Of a DNA stretch of 64,000 bases, positions 38,441-51,444 are shown in pieces. Numbering within the stretch: the stretch's first letter is position 1; every line of letters begins with the position of its first letter. A program made the position numbers and the translations under genes. The stretch comes from Okamejei kenojei (Eukaryota), in the NCBI GenBank assembly GCA_035221665.1, contig CM069164.1, positions 11,284,001-11,348,000 of the forward strand. Direction: 5' to 3'. A model generated the notes under the pieces. It saw only the letters and a list, made by a program, of their open reading frames with translations, was not told where the DNA came from and did no database searches.

Positions 38441-41323
38441 TTACAGAAATAGAGCGATGGAGGGATACGGTTTGGAAACAGCCCCTTCGACCCAACGCCC
38501 GCACCGACCAACATGTCCCAGCTACACTAGCCCCACCTGCCCGCGTTTGGCCCATATCCCTCCAAACCTGTGCCATCTATGTACCTGTCTAACTGTGTAC
38601 CCGTGACCACGTGGGTTTTCTCCGGGGGCTGCGGGTTCCTCTCACGCTCCAAAGACGTTCGGCTTTGTAAGGGTTTCGGCCCGAAACGTTGCCCATTTCC
38701 TTCGCTCCATAGATGCTGCTGCACCCGCTGAGTTTCCCCAGCATTTTTGTCCACCTTCGATTTTCCCAGCATCTGCAGTTCCTTCTTAAACAGCTTTGTG
38801 GGTTACTTGGATTCTGTAAATTGTAAATTGTCCCTAGTGTGCGTAGGATGTACGGGGTAATTGTTGGTCGACGTGAACTCGGGGGGGGGGGGGCGAAGGG
38901 CCTGTGTCCACACTGTATCTCTAAAGTCATTTGTGAAAGAATGCATCGACTGGGCTTATATTCACTGGAATTTACAAGGATGAGAGGGAATCTTCTAGAA
39001 ACATTCTTAACGGATTGGACAGGCTAGATTCAGGAAAAATGTTCTCGATGTTGGGGGTGTCCAGAACCAGGGGTCACAGTTTAAGGATAAGGGGTAGGCC
39101 ATTTAGGACTGAGATGAGGAAATACCTTTTCTCCCAGAGAGGCCAATTGGACCCTGTCCCTGTCCTCTCCCCTCAGCCCGGCAAATTCTACCCTTTCAGT
39201 TGTATCTGTGCCCACAACTCTCCAACCCACCACAGTAATCACACCAGCTGTGTGAAGATGTGTTTCCTTGTGTAACTTTTGGCTTTTCTGCCAATTCTAT
39301 CCCCTTGAAATCCACTACATCTTGACCTCTGCGCCAACATGAACTCTTTGTCTCCCTCTCTTCTCTCTTCCGTTACTGAAGCAGCAATAAATGTGCACGG
39401 GCTGGTTTGGTGTAAGTGAGTGGGCGGTGTTTTACTTTATTGTCGCAGAGTGGAAACAGGCCCTTTGGCCCACCGAGTCCATGCTGACCCGCGATCACCC
39501 GTGCCCCAGATCTATCCTACGCACTAGGGACAATTTACAGAAGCCAATTAACCTACAAACCTGCCGGTGACTTAAACTTTAGACGTTAGCGATACAGCGC
39601 GGAACCAGGAGCTTCGGCAGATCGAGTCTCCGCTGACCGGCGATCATCCCGCACATTATCCGACACTCTAGGGACAATTTACAACTTTACCGAAGCTAAT
39701 TAACCTGCAAACCTGTTCGTGTTTGGAGTGTGGGAAGAAACAGGAGACCCGGGAATAATCCACGCGCTGGCAGGGAGAACGTAGGAACTCTGTACAGACA
39801 AGCACCCGTAGTCAGGATCGAACCCGGCTCTCTGGCTCTGTAAGGCAGCAACTCGACCGCCGTACTAATGTGCCGCACTGAAGGTGTTTGCAAAGTGTTG
39901 GGTTCAAATGGTTAAATCGGCTACATTTAGTTCTGCGTAGGAAGGAAGTGCAGATGCTGGTTTACACCGAAGATAGACACAGGAATGGTGGAGTAACTCA
40001 GCGGGACAGGCAGCATCCCTGGAGGGAAGGACATTTAGTAATTTACATTTAGTTCTACCTCTATCTGACCCCCCCCCCCCCCCCTCACAACCTCCTCTGT
40101 CCCAAGGAGAACAATCCTGGCATCACCAATCTATCCACAGAACCAGAATCCCTCAAAGCTGGAATCGTTTTAGTAAAATCCGTCTGCACTGTCTTGAAAG
40201 CCTTCACATCTTTCCCAAAGGGCGGTTGCCAGAACTGAACACAATTCTCCAATTGTGGCTGGACTCATGTTTTATACAGATTCTTCCTGAATTCCAGGCT
40301 CTTTCATTCTGTGTGATTGTTCATGAAGCTTGGGGTTCAGTGTGTGATATTTCAGCTATCTCCTCAAGTCTGAACTATGCACACCCCCTCCCCCTCTTCC
40401 CCTCTCCCCCCCTCCCCTTGCTCTTGTACCCCTTTAGGGTGAATGTGCTGCCTCATCGAGATTGCCCCTTCCCATTTTGTTGGCGGTGGCAGAAGCTCCA
40501 GTAGGCCGGGGCTTGTTGGTGGGAAGCCAACAGGCCGAGCTGGCCCCTGCTAGCCCCTCGCGGTGGGACACACTGTAACCCGGCGGGCCGCGATGGGTTG
40601 GGGGGAAGCTGCCGAAACAGACCCTGCTCTTCCCCGAAGACCAGAGACTGGGAGGATGGAGCCGGTGGCGATGGGCGAGGAGCAAGGCCGGTCGGCGAGT
40701 GTCTGGTCTACTGCGCCCTCAAGGTCGGCTGCGGGAGGCATCCCCTGGGCACAACGGTGGACGGGCGAGGAGAGAGTCGCCGGTTCACCGGTCGATCCAC
40801 ACGTCCGAGGAAGGTAATAGCTGGAGGCCCACAGCAGCCTGGGATTCGCCTGGAACGGGCACCGCTCATAACAACTAGAGCGCAGACTAGACTTTGGAAA
40901 CGGCACCAAAACATGGTGCCTCTTGCACGCGGGCTCGGTGCACTATTTCTGTACATTTGAGGTTGACATAAAGAGCTGGAGTAACTCAGCTGGTCAGGCA
41001 GCATCTCTGGAGAAAAAGGATGAGTGACGTTACGGGTCGGGACCTTCCTTCAGACTGTCTGAAGAAGAGTCGCGAACTGAAGCGTCACCCATTCCCTCTC
41101 TGAGATGCTGCCTGTCCCGCTGAGTTACTCCAGCGTTTTGAGTCTAACGAAGAACTGAGAGAGTTTGAGCTTCAAAAACAATCCTCGCCTGGTTCCTTTG
41201 TTTTGAGATCTGTATAAGACGTTGGCAGCGATCCCTACGTCCTGGACACTGCACGGAGCATCCCCTGTCGGCCTGGTCTTGGTGGCCATGGGACACGCAC
41301 GTTGCGGTGGAAACGCCACTTAC

Positions 41324-41524
41324 CTGGTCCAGTGGGATGACCACGAAGGTGCCCCCACCGGCAGACTCGGTGACGATGGCGAGGAACCTGGGGTTGATGG
41401 CACAGAAGTGGTTGTCGTGGACGTTCTTGGTGATGGAGATGCCGTCGAAGCAGTGCTCCCGGCTGGCCGCCTTGCCGTAAACGTTCCGGAACTTGGAGCT
41501 GCGGTACTGCGGGCGCCATGACAT
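41324..41524 (-). CDS. CORO2B: Coronin-2B, first visible coding exon (equivalent of human exon 2): MSWRPQYRSSKFRNVYGK...VVIPLDQ
   Basis: Translation matches the coronin N-terminal signature (SKFRNVYG) as in vertebrate CORO2B; 201 nt; preceded by pyrimidine tract and CAG acceptor, followed by GTAAGT donor. Confidence 0.96.
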
Positions 41525-43039
41525 CTGCGGAGAGAGAGCAGAGCACGGCGGTGAGGGGTTGGGACGCGGGCTCCAGTAGACGGGCAGCACCACGTCCGGT
41601 CGCGGTGCAACCACGCTCCGCTAATCCGGCACGCCTGGCACCTCCATTAGTGCTAACGGACTGGTCCATTTTCTGGATTACCAGATTTAATCCTATTAGT
41701 ACACTGACCCACTTTTAGATTAATTTAATTTAGTTTAATTTAGATTAGTTTTGTTTAGTTTAGTTTGGAGCATAGTCTCACTGCATGGAAACAGGCCCTT
41801 CGGCCCAACTTGCCCACATACCCCATCTACACTAGCCCCACCTGCCTGCATTAGGCCCATATCCCTCTAAACCTGTCTTATCCATGTTCCTGTCTGAATG
41901 TGCCTTATGCGTTGCGATAGTCCCTGCCTTCACTACGTCCTCTAGCAGCTCGCTCCATACACCCACCATCCCTTGTGTGAAAAAGTTATGCCTCAGGTTC
42001 CTATTCAATCTTTCCCTCTTCATCTTTGGTTTAGTTGAGTTTTTTTTAAGATACAGCATGGAAACAGGTCCTTCGGCACGCCATTCTATGCTATCCCACT
42101 TTTCCATCCTACAGACTGGGCACAACTTACAGAAGCTAATTAGACCTACAAATGTACATGTCTTTGGAATGTGGAGGGAAACCGGAGCACCCGGAGGAAA
42201 CCCACACGGTCACAGGGAGAATGTACAAACTCCATACAGACAGCACCCAGAGTCAGGATCGAACCTGGGTCTCTGGGGCTGTAAGGCAGCAACTCTACCA
42301 CTGCGCCACCGTGACACACAATGTTTTCTTACGTATCACATGGTTTATTGGATATTTTCCAGTGAAACAGCTGAGATTTAAGGGGGACAGATTTAAGCGA
42401 CTGAACATGTGGGAATCCTGAGGAAACTGCTGGTGGAATGGTGAGCAGGTCAGGCAGCATCTGTGGAAAGGATGCACCGGTGACGTTTCTGGCCAGGACA
42501 CTTCTTCTGGTTGTGAAACAGTGAGTTTAAGGGAAGTATGGGAATGTGCTCCTGCCGTTTAAAGGGTTAGAGGGGATGGAGCCTAGAGGGGTTTCAAGGG
42601 AATGGGACCTTGGTGATCTTAAAGGGCGCAAGAGGACAGGGCCAGATGTGTTTGAAGGGGATGTGGGATGTGAACGGTGAGTTTAACATTGGAAAAAGAA
42701 CCAGCTGAAGCAGACACTGAATCATTGGGTGGGAACTTCAGAAAACTCAGATAGAGAGTCGTAGAGCATGGTCGCAGGCCCTTTGGCCCACCTTGTCCAT
42801 GCTGTCCAAGTTGGCATTCTGGGCTAGTCCCCTAGACTCTTCCTATCCACAAATCTGTCCAAATGTCTTTTGAAAGGTGTAGTGGTTGTACCGACTTCTA
42901 TAGCTTCTCTGGCAGCTCTTTCTAGATATGACGACCCTCTGAGGGAGAAAAAGTTGCTCCCGAGGTTCCTGGTAAATCTTTCCGCTCAAACCTTAAAACG
43001 TTTGACCTCTAGTTTTAAAAATGCTCTACTCTGGGGGGT

Positions 43040-43081
<42 letters not shown>

Positions 43082-45959
43082 AGCTGTGGGCATTCACTTT
43101 ATGCATGCTCCTCATGATCTTGTAGATCTCGAGAAGGTCACCTCTCAGCTTCCCTAGTGGGTCAATGTGATTTCACTGTACAGGCACCTCGCGTCTTACA
43201 TGGGGCGTACCTGCTTGAAAATAACCTATACGTGACTACGCTGTCAGCGCTCAATTTGAGCACGTTATTCCAAAAATACCAGCGTCTTAATCAAGCTTTG
43301 GTATTAATGGAACACATGCGATATTTCAAAAACACTTTAATCAAACACTCGTAAAGTGTGAGGTGCATGGACCACTATCCCGTACGATTAGTTGGTCCGC
43401 ACGCAACAAAAGCTTTTCACTGTACCTCAGTACACATGACAATAAATGAATGAATGAATGAATGAATAGGTTCATTAGCCAAGTATTCACATACAAGGAA
43501 CTTGCCTTGGTGCTCCGCCCGCAAGTGACAACATGACATACAGCGACAGTTAGGAATGACACATAAAACATGAAGCGTTAACAACAAAACATTATCGATT
43601 AAACATGTGAATTCAATAAGATACCCGAGCAAAAGGAGGCTACAGATTTTTGGTTATTGAGTAGAGCTACTACTCGTGGAACATAAGCTGTTTCTATGTC
43701 TGGCGGTGGCAGCTTTGACAGTCCGGAGTCGCCTTCCAGAGGGAAGTGATTCAAAGAGTTTGTGGCCAGGGTGAGAGGGGTCAGAGATGATCTTGCCCGC
43801 TCGCTTACTGGCCCTTGCAGTTCCCTTGGCCCTTAAACTAAACGGAACTGATTCCTTGGCATGTGTCTGACATAAGTCAAGGTACTGCAGGACTTCAAAT
43901 GCCTTCCATACCACAGAGTGCCCCTTCAACTGCGTTGGGAGTTTGAGATGGAGATTGAGTTTGAGTTTAGTTTATTGTCACATGTACCAAGGTACAGTGA
44001 AAAGCTTGTTGTTGCATGCTAACTAGTCAACAGAAAGGCAATACTTGATTACTGTTGAGCCATCTACAGCAGACAGATAGATGATAAATGCAAGATTAGT
44101 GCAGGATAAAGAGTAGTAGAGTCTGATCACAGATAGTCCGAGGGTCTCCAATGAGGTAGGTAGCATAGAAAGATGACCAGTGCTTCCCGCGCATGGAACC
44201 AGTGCATTCAGCCCAGAATTTCTAATCTCTGACAACAAACCGCAAATCTTAGTCTCTGACACCACAGGGAAAGGCCATTTGACCCCTCTCCTCGGTACAA
44301 GCTCTTTGGAAGAGGGATCTAATTGCAGGGGTGACACAGTGACCCAGCTGGTAGGGCTGCTGCCTCACAGCACCTGAGGCTCAGATTCAATCCTGACCTC
44401 GGGTGCTGTCTGTGTGGTGTTTGCACGTTCTCCCTGTGACCACCTGGGTTTCCCCCCGGGTGCTCCTGTTTCCTCCCACATCCCAAACACAGGTTAATTA
44501 GCCTCTGTGAACTGGCACTGGGATGCGAAGATGGGATAACATAGAACTGGTGTGAATGTGTGATCAATGATTTTACTTCGGAGTCACGTGAGTGACTACG
44601 TGAAGACCCCGCCAGCACGCATGCGCGACATATCGTCGAACGCATTGTGGAAGCGACAGTCGGGAGGAGCGTCGCTCCTCCAGCGTAAGTTTTAAAAACT
44701 TACTGAAGGTAAGTTCTGGTGAGCGTGGCGACTGGGTGTACTTCCTTTTTCAGAACGGAGGAAGCACCATGGAGTCGCGTAAGGGAGAGCAGCGGCTAAA
44801 ACCGCTGCTGTGGAAGCAGCCAGCAGCGTGCCGTCTCTCCAGAGCAGCAGGTGCTGCCAGCAGCTCCCGGCTTCTCGCCGCTACAGACCGCAGGTGCGCC
44901 CGACGGCAGAACCACCCGGAAGTCGGACAGGGCCGTTGACTCGGCTGGATCCGGACCTGAAGACACCCCGTTCCCGGATAGCGACGGCGGGCGTCTTTCC
45001 TGCAGGAGCGGGTGGGGAGCAGTGCTCCAGCGTGACCTGCTTATGCAGGGGCAGAGTCACAGTGGGTCTCCTCGCAGACCCACGGCAGGATCCTTTCAAG
45101 GACTGCCAAATGTCTCACCCTCTTCCCAGGGGAGCATTAGGGGTCAGAGCTGGGCTGACCCTGAAGAAGGGGCAATGGCTGAACAGTCAACTGTGTTAGG
45201 GGTGCCAGAAGAATTGTGGGGCATGGGAAAACATGCTGTACCAAGGACTGCCTATACATCCCAAACTGGCAGCCAGTACAAATTACATGGCTACAAACCA
45301 GCTGCAGGAGCAAGCCATTAACTCTACGGCTGGGAAATACTTCGCTCCAGAGAAAATGCATTCTCTTAAAGTACCAGCAGTCTACAACCCCATCTGGGGC
45401 AACATGAGCCCATCTATAAGGAGCCAGGAGGTGAAGCTCCAGAGAATCCTTAAACTGCTGGCTGCTGTCACAGCAGTACCAGGACAACTGATGGGGTTGA
45501 TTTGCCTGAAGAGCTACGAGATGCTCTAGCAGACTGTGTAATACTCAGTTCGAGATTAACAGTTACAGGAAGAGCATCATCAAGAAGTGCGGGATTATGC
45601 AGGACCAGTCGCACACAGCCGCCAAAATTGCTGTTGGGGACACCTCCCGAAGCAGGTGAAAGACCTGGATGAGGGGGCCAAGGCTATAGGCCTGATCAAG
45701 GTGCCAAACACCTCTAAACCCCACCATCAGCAGCGGCAGCACCCCTACACACCCACCAGACATCGGTACTATGGAAGACCATCTGGTGGTGAAAGCTCGA
45801 AGGCCGGCCCACCTACACAGCGGTCTTTTAGACCATGGCCCAGCCCGGCCTTCATGGAAAGTGCGCCAACCCCACAACGCAGCAACACGATACCAGAAGA
45901 AACAAGGGCAGAGACAACCCACACAACACCGGCGGTAACCATGGAGGTAGGTGGGTCTG

Positions 45960-47720
45960 GTTGCCTCAAAAACATTGCATGTCCGATTCATCAAAGGTTG
46001 GTGGACGGTTGCACTTGTTTCATCATGTGTGCAGCACTTTTACCTCTGATCCTTTACATACTCGGAAGTATTCAGGGTTACAAAATTGAATTTGTATACG
46101 AACTCCCCATCCCAGTTCAGCATACGCCTAGCTGGAAGTTCAAACTTTCACAAAAAGAGAGAACAGCAGGCCATGCTGAACTGATAAGACTAAACACAAA
46201 AGGGATAATTGAGAAGACAATCAGGGAATCTCAAGAGTTCGTATCAAATATATTTACAAAAAACAAAAAAGATGGCGGTTGCCGCATCATTATAGATTTG
46301 ACCGAACTAAATACTTCCGTTCAGTATGCCCATTTCAAAATGGACATGTTTGTCACACACAAGGATCATCGTAAATACCTGAAATTTATCTGGATGGGAC
46401 AGCTATGGCAGTATAAGGCCTTACCCAATGGGTTGTCATCAGCACCAGGTTGTTTACAAAATTATTAAAACCAGCTTTAGCATACTTAAGGAAACATAAC
46501 CATATCGTCATGGCTTACCTTGATGATATTCTCATTATAGGTGAGAATTTGGAGATGGCTACATTGGCAGTATCAGCCACAAAACATCTTTTTCAAAAGC
46601 TGGGATTTAACATACATCCAGATAAATCAAAATTGGAACCCTCCACTACCATGGATTATTTGGGGTTCACTATTGACTCTGTTCATATGTCTATCACCTT
46701 GCCACCAAACAAAGTGACAGACTTGATGGGAGCATGCAAAAGCCTCACTGGCATCAGGGAACCATCCATTCGGCAAGGAGCCAGAGTGATTGGGAAATTG
46801 GTGGCTGCGTTCCCAGCAGCACAATTTGGACCACTCCATTATCAAAACCTGTAAGAGCAAAATTTTAGCTCTCAAAAATCATGCAGGCCATTTCGATAGG
46901 CCTATGGAACTACCAGGGAAAGCAAAATCAGAATTAAACTGGTGGATAGAAATGCTCAGCATTGTTCTAACCCCATCACTATCATATATCCCTCGGTTAC
47001 ATTACAGACTGATGCCAGTGCTAAAGGTTGGGGAGCAACTAATACCACCACAAGTTGTGGTGGCAGATGGAGTGCACAAAAATTAACCCTGTTTAAAGCA
47101 CTAGGGATTAATTATCTAGAAATGCTGGGAGCACTTCATGGACTCAGGGACTACTGCTCAGGTTATGATGCATGTACGGTATAAATTGATAATACCACAG
47201 TGGTGGCCTATATTAATCATCAGGGTGAAATAAAGTCGATATCATGTGATGAATTGGCTAATAATATCTGGCACTGGTGTCTGGGAGAGAGATTTGGATC
47301 TCAGCCACTTACCTTCCAGGTAAGCTAAATGCAGTGGCAGACACCAGGTCACGTAAATTCAACGACAACATTGAATGGATGTTGGATCGGAAAGTGTTTA
47401 CAGATATTATAGAACGGTATGGGACATCAGATATCGACCTTTTTCCATCCAGACTAATTCACCAACTACCAACATATGTTGCTTGGGAACCAGACCCAGG
47501 GGCAGCAGCGATGGACGCTTTCTCGCTGCATTGGGGGGATTTGTTTTGCTATGCATTTCCCCCCTTCTGCCTCATCAGTCGGGTCTTACAAAAATTAAAC
47601 AAGACTCCGCAACGGGTACCATGGTTCCCAGCAGTACAAAGATGGCCGCAGAACCCTGCATCCGGATCAACAAACGGCCGAGTTGTTGGTACACCCCGTG
47701 ACAGGGGAAAGTCATCCGTG
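45960..47720 (+). pseudogene. DIRS pol remnant (RT - RNase H - methyltransferase-like), frameshifted
   Basis: Pieces in ORFs 45587-46468, 46450-46854, 46942-47184 and 47277-47726 carry the motifs in DIRS order. Confidence 0.88.
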
Positions 47721-47744
47721 CCATGACCGCATGAACTTGTTGAT

Positions 47745-48676
47745 TTGCAGATTCTGAACAGGCCATTTCTGGGATACGGACTCTCCGACAGGACGATCAA
47801 TGCCATCTCAGCGTCGTGCAGGGAGTCCACGAGAAGACAGTACCTGACATATGTCAGGAAATGGAAAGTGTTCTGCACCAGGACGAACACTACATATGAC
47901 TCAGCCACCATCACTGAAGTGCTGGAGTTCTGGCCACCCTTCATTTCGATGAAGGATTGAGTTACAGTGTCATTATTGTGGAAGGAGTGCCCTATCTGAT
48001 ATATGGGCAGAGGGAGTGATCACCTGGCTATAGGATCACACCCACTAGTACCTAAACTAATGAGGGGTATTTAACTCTAATCCCCCCAGGCCCAGATACA
48101 CCCATACATGGGATATAGGCGTAGTATTAACTATATTGGGGCTCACTCTGGACAAACTAACATCCTAGATGGGAATGATTATGGCACTTGGATCAGCACA
48201 ACGGGTCCAGTCCTTACACAAGTTAAGTATGGACACCATGTATGTCACAAATGGCAGATAACCTGCTACATACAGGGGTACTTAAACAAGACCGACCCGG
48301 TTTCTCTGGCCAATATTAGAGTTCTGGCCTATCCTGCAGATAGTCGGCTCTGCATAGTGACACATATTTTGCAATATATGGAAGTCACCAAGACACTTAG
48401 GGGCATGGAGAGACCTTTTCTCATAAGCCATAAACACCCTCACCAAAAGGTCACCGTGCAAACCATATCCAGATGGTTAGGGTGGTATTACGTGCAGCGG
48501 TAGATACTAATGTTTTCAAATCTCACTCCACCAGGGCTGCATCTACATCGGCGGCTAGGATGATGGGAGTTCCTAAGGACCACATCCTGGCCACAACGGG
48601 TTGGAGCAATGAACGAATTTCAACGCTTTATAATAAACCCGTGGCCGCTCCTGAGACGTTTGCAGGAAAAATTTAA
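47745..48676 (+). pseudogene. DIRS tyrosine recombinase remnant
   Basis: ORF pieces with the SAM-like N-terminus (RESTRRQYLTYVRKWKVFC), TISRW and catalytic-region HSTRAAS...LATTGWS; frameshifted. Confidence 0.85.
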
Positions 48677-48845
48677 GTTCTGTAAAATAAATTACCCAAT
48701 GTGGCGCATATTATTTTAGGTATGAATAATACCTTTCTTGTTTTTCAGCACAGTGTCGTGTGTGAAATACGTTCATCCTCCTTCCCAGAATGGCAGTGTG
48801 TGAGCATGGACTCGTTCCAGGGCATGAAATCACAGAGCTTTGAAA

Positions 48846-48958
48846 TCTTCACGTAGTCACTCACGTGACTCCGAAGTAAAGTAGTAAGATTAAATGAGAA
48901 CTTACCAGTTTGAAGTTTGATCCTTATTTTATGAGGAGTTACGATGAGGGATTACGTG
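48846..48958. repeat. DIRS internal complementary region (ICR)
   Basis: 48846-48880 is the reverse complement of the left end 44572-44606; 48882-48958 is the near-perfect reverse complement of the right extension 49101-49177. Confidence 0.92.
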
Positions 48959-51416
48959 CCCTCCGCTCCCAAAACCCTCTATTATAAAGTTCAACTGGTA
49001 TGGAAGTTCTCTCTTATCTTATTATATTAGTCTACTCTGGTATCTGTGATTTCACACCACTGCTTTGAAGAATGTTGCGCATGCGTGCTGGCGGGATCTT
49101 CACGTAATCCCTCATCGTAACTCCTCTTAAAATAAAGATCAAACTTCAAACTGGTAAGTTCTCATTTAATCTTACTATCAGCGAAGAGCTTGATTTAATC
49201 TTACAGTAAACTTTCATGTATCTATTATTTATGCACCTGGGATTCTCACCCACCCAGCAAAAGCTTTCTAAGAATCTTTAGGCCATTTCTTTTTTTTCCT
49301 GAAGAAGGGTCTCAACCCGAAACGTCACCCATTCCTTCTCTCCAGAGATGCTGCCTGTCCCGCTGAGTTACTTCAGCTTTTTTTATGTGTGACAGGGAAT
49401 TTTTTAGTTTGTTAACCTTTAGCGATAAGACAGTGGAGTTGTGGGCTGGTTAGCAACAACATCATCTGTGAAGATCTGGCACTCCATCGGTACAGTCCTG
49501 CTTTTGATTTTCTTTTGCTCGAGTTTATCTTAATACTGTTTCATCCTAAAATATAATCTTTTTGTTTTATTTTACATTAGCATTGTTTAGTCTTAAAACG
49601 TAGGATTGCAGTCTCAAAGATTATTATTCAATTGGGTAAGGAGATGACATATATATAGTTCATAAGTGATAGGGGCAGAATTAGACCATTCGGCCCATCA
49701 AGTCTACTCTGCCATTCAATCATGCATGATCTATCTCTGCCTCCTAACCCCATTCTCTGGAATTGTCTGCCATAGAAGGCAGCGGAGGCCAATTCACTGG
49801 ATGTTTTCAAAAGGGAGTTAGATAGAGCTCTTAGGGCTAACGGAATCAAGGGATATGGGGAGAAGGCAGGGAATGGGGATACTGATTTTCGATGATCATA
49901 TTGAATGGCGGTGCTGGCTCGAAGGGCCGAATGGCCTACTCCTGCACCTATTTTCTATGTTTCCCCATAACCCCAGACACCAGTAGTAATCAAGAATTTA
50001 TCTAGCTCTGCCTTAAAGCTAGTTTGTCAATTTATTTAAAGGTTTATGTGTGGAATACCCGTGGGTGATGTGCAGTAATGCGTTTCTTTCAGACATTCAC
50101 ATGCATCTAGCAGCCCACCATTCCCCGCGGGCTATATTGTATTTATGTTCCCCACTTTCTCTCTTTCCATAACATGGCTTTTTTTTTTTCTTCACATATT
50201 CATCTAAATCCATTTGTTAAAAGTCTGTTGAATCCATTGCACTGCTCATTCAGACATAACATTCTAGATGACAAGTGCGAGTGAAAACAATTCTCCGCTG
50301 ACTACTACAGCCTCACAATGGCTCCCTTGTTACTTGGATTTGGTCGAACTCATCTTTTTCCTTAACCTCACAAGGTTAAATGCATTCCCTTTCCCACAAC
50401 CCAGAGGCTCTCAAAACCTAACATCCACCCACAACATAGTATCTTCACTGTCTCCTCCCGTGGTGCAGATGGAAAAGGAATGTGGGAGAAGGCTTTTCGG
50501 CCCTTCGAGCCTGTTCTGTCACTCAATGGGATCCATTTGCAACATCTCCTCACGTACTGTCCTGTCTCAGACCTTTCCATTAAACATAACTGAAGTCTGA
50601 AGAAGGGTCTTGAGCCGAAACTTCACCCATTCCTTCTCTCCAGAGACGCTGCCTGTCCCGCTGAGTTACTCCAGCATTTTTTGTCCATCTTCAGTGTAAA
50701 CCAGCACCTGCAGTTCCTTCCTCCACATAACTATCAATCTCAGGTTTAAAATGCTGGTGATAGACTGGTGAAGAGTGACGATGGCTTCATCAGGACCTCG
50801 ATTCACTGTCGGATTTTTTTGGGCAGGACCTACACAGAGAAGGGTAGGGCTCTGGGAAGTGTTGGAGAGAAGGGGGATTTAGGAGTGCAGGTACATAGTT
50901 CCTTGAAAGTGGCATCACAGATGGTCAAAAAGGCTTTCGGCACAATTGGCTTAATCTGTCAGAGTATTGAGTAGAGAAGTTGGGAGATAATGTTGCATTT
51001 ATATAGGATGTTGGTGAGCCCACATTTGGAGTAATGTGTTGTTTTGGGCACCATGTTATAGGAAAGTTGTTATCAAGATTTGAATGGGTGCAGAGAAGAT
51101 TTACGAGGATGTTGCCAGGACTCGAGGGCCTGATCTATAAGGATTCTATTCCTACTTTTTTACACAAAGGGTGGTAGATATATGGAACAAGCTGCCGGAG
51201 GAGGTAGTTGAGGCAGGTACTATCGCGATGTTTAAGAAACATTTAGACAGGTACATGGATAAGATAAGCGTAGAGCTATATGGGCCAAACGAAGGCAGCT
51301 GTGAGTCAAGTGGATAGGACATATTGGTTGGTGTGGGCAAGTTGTACCGAGGGTAGACACAAAATGCTGGAGGCACTCAGCGGATGAGGCAGCATCTACA
51401 GAGAGAAGGAATTGCC

Positions 51417-51444
51417 GACGTTTCGGGTCGAGACCCTTCTTCAG
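51417..51444 (-). ncRNA. Minimal hammerhead ribozyme motif on the CORO2B-sense strand
   Basis: Reverse complement reads CUGAAGAAGGGUCUCGACCCGAAACGUC, identical to 12555-12582. Activity untested. Confidence 0.66.

Larger units (their letters stand above)
44571..49177 (+). mobile_element. DIRS1-type tyrosine-recombinase retrotransposon, structurally full length (~4.6 kb) but decayed
   Basis: RT fragments (LPNGLSSAP, MAYLDD, YLGF), RNase H (TDASAKGWG, INYLEM, DNTTVVAYIN), methyltransferase-like domain (DLFPS...YAFPPF), tyrosine recombinase (HSTRAAS...GWS); inverted termini plus internal complementary region; no TSD; many frameshifts and stops. Confidence 0.93.

Noticed and set aside
41525-41669. 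Open frames upstream of the CORO2B ATG (ORFs 41144-41614 and 41235-41669) as an N-terminal extension
   Set aside because: A pyrimidine tract and CAG acceptor directly precede the ATG, so this is intron; the extension has no coronin similarity.
43033-43080. Long poly-G run (and shorter ones near 8960, 14120, 20190, 35750, 38881) as functional G-quadruplexes
   Set aside because: Homopolymer lengths are unreliable in assemblies and several lie within repeats; no supporting evidence of function.
49164-49204. 12-mer ATTTAATCTTAC repeated just inside and just outside the DIRS right end
   Set aside because: AT-rich and short; not positioned as a TSD; could be chance or a local repair duplication.
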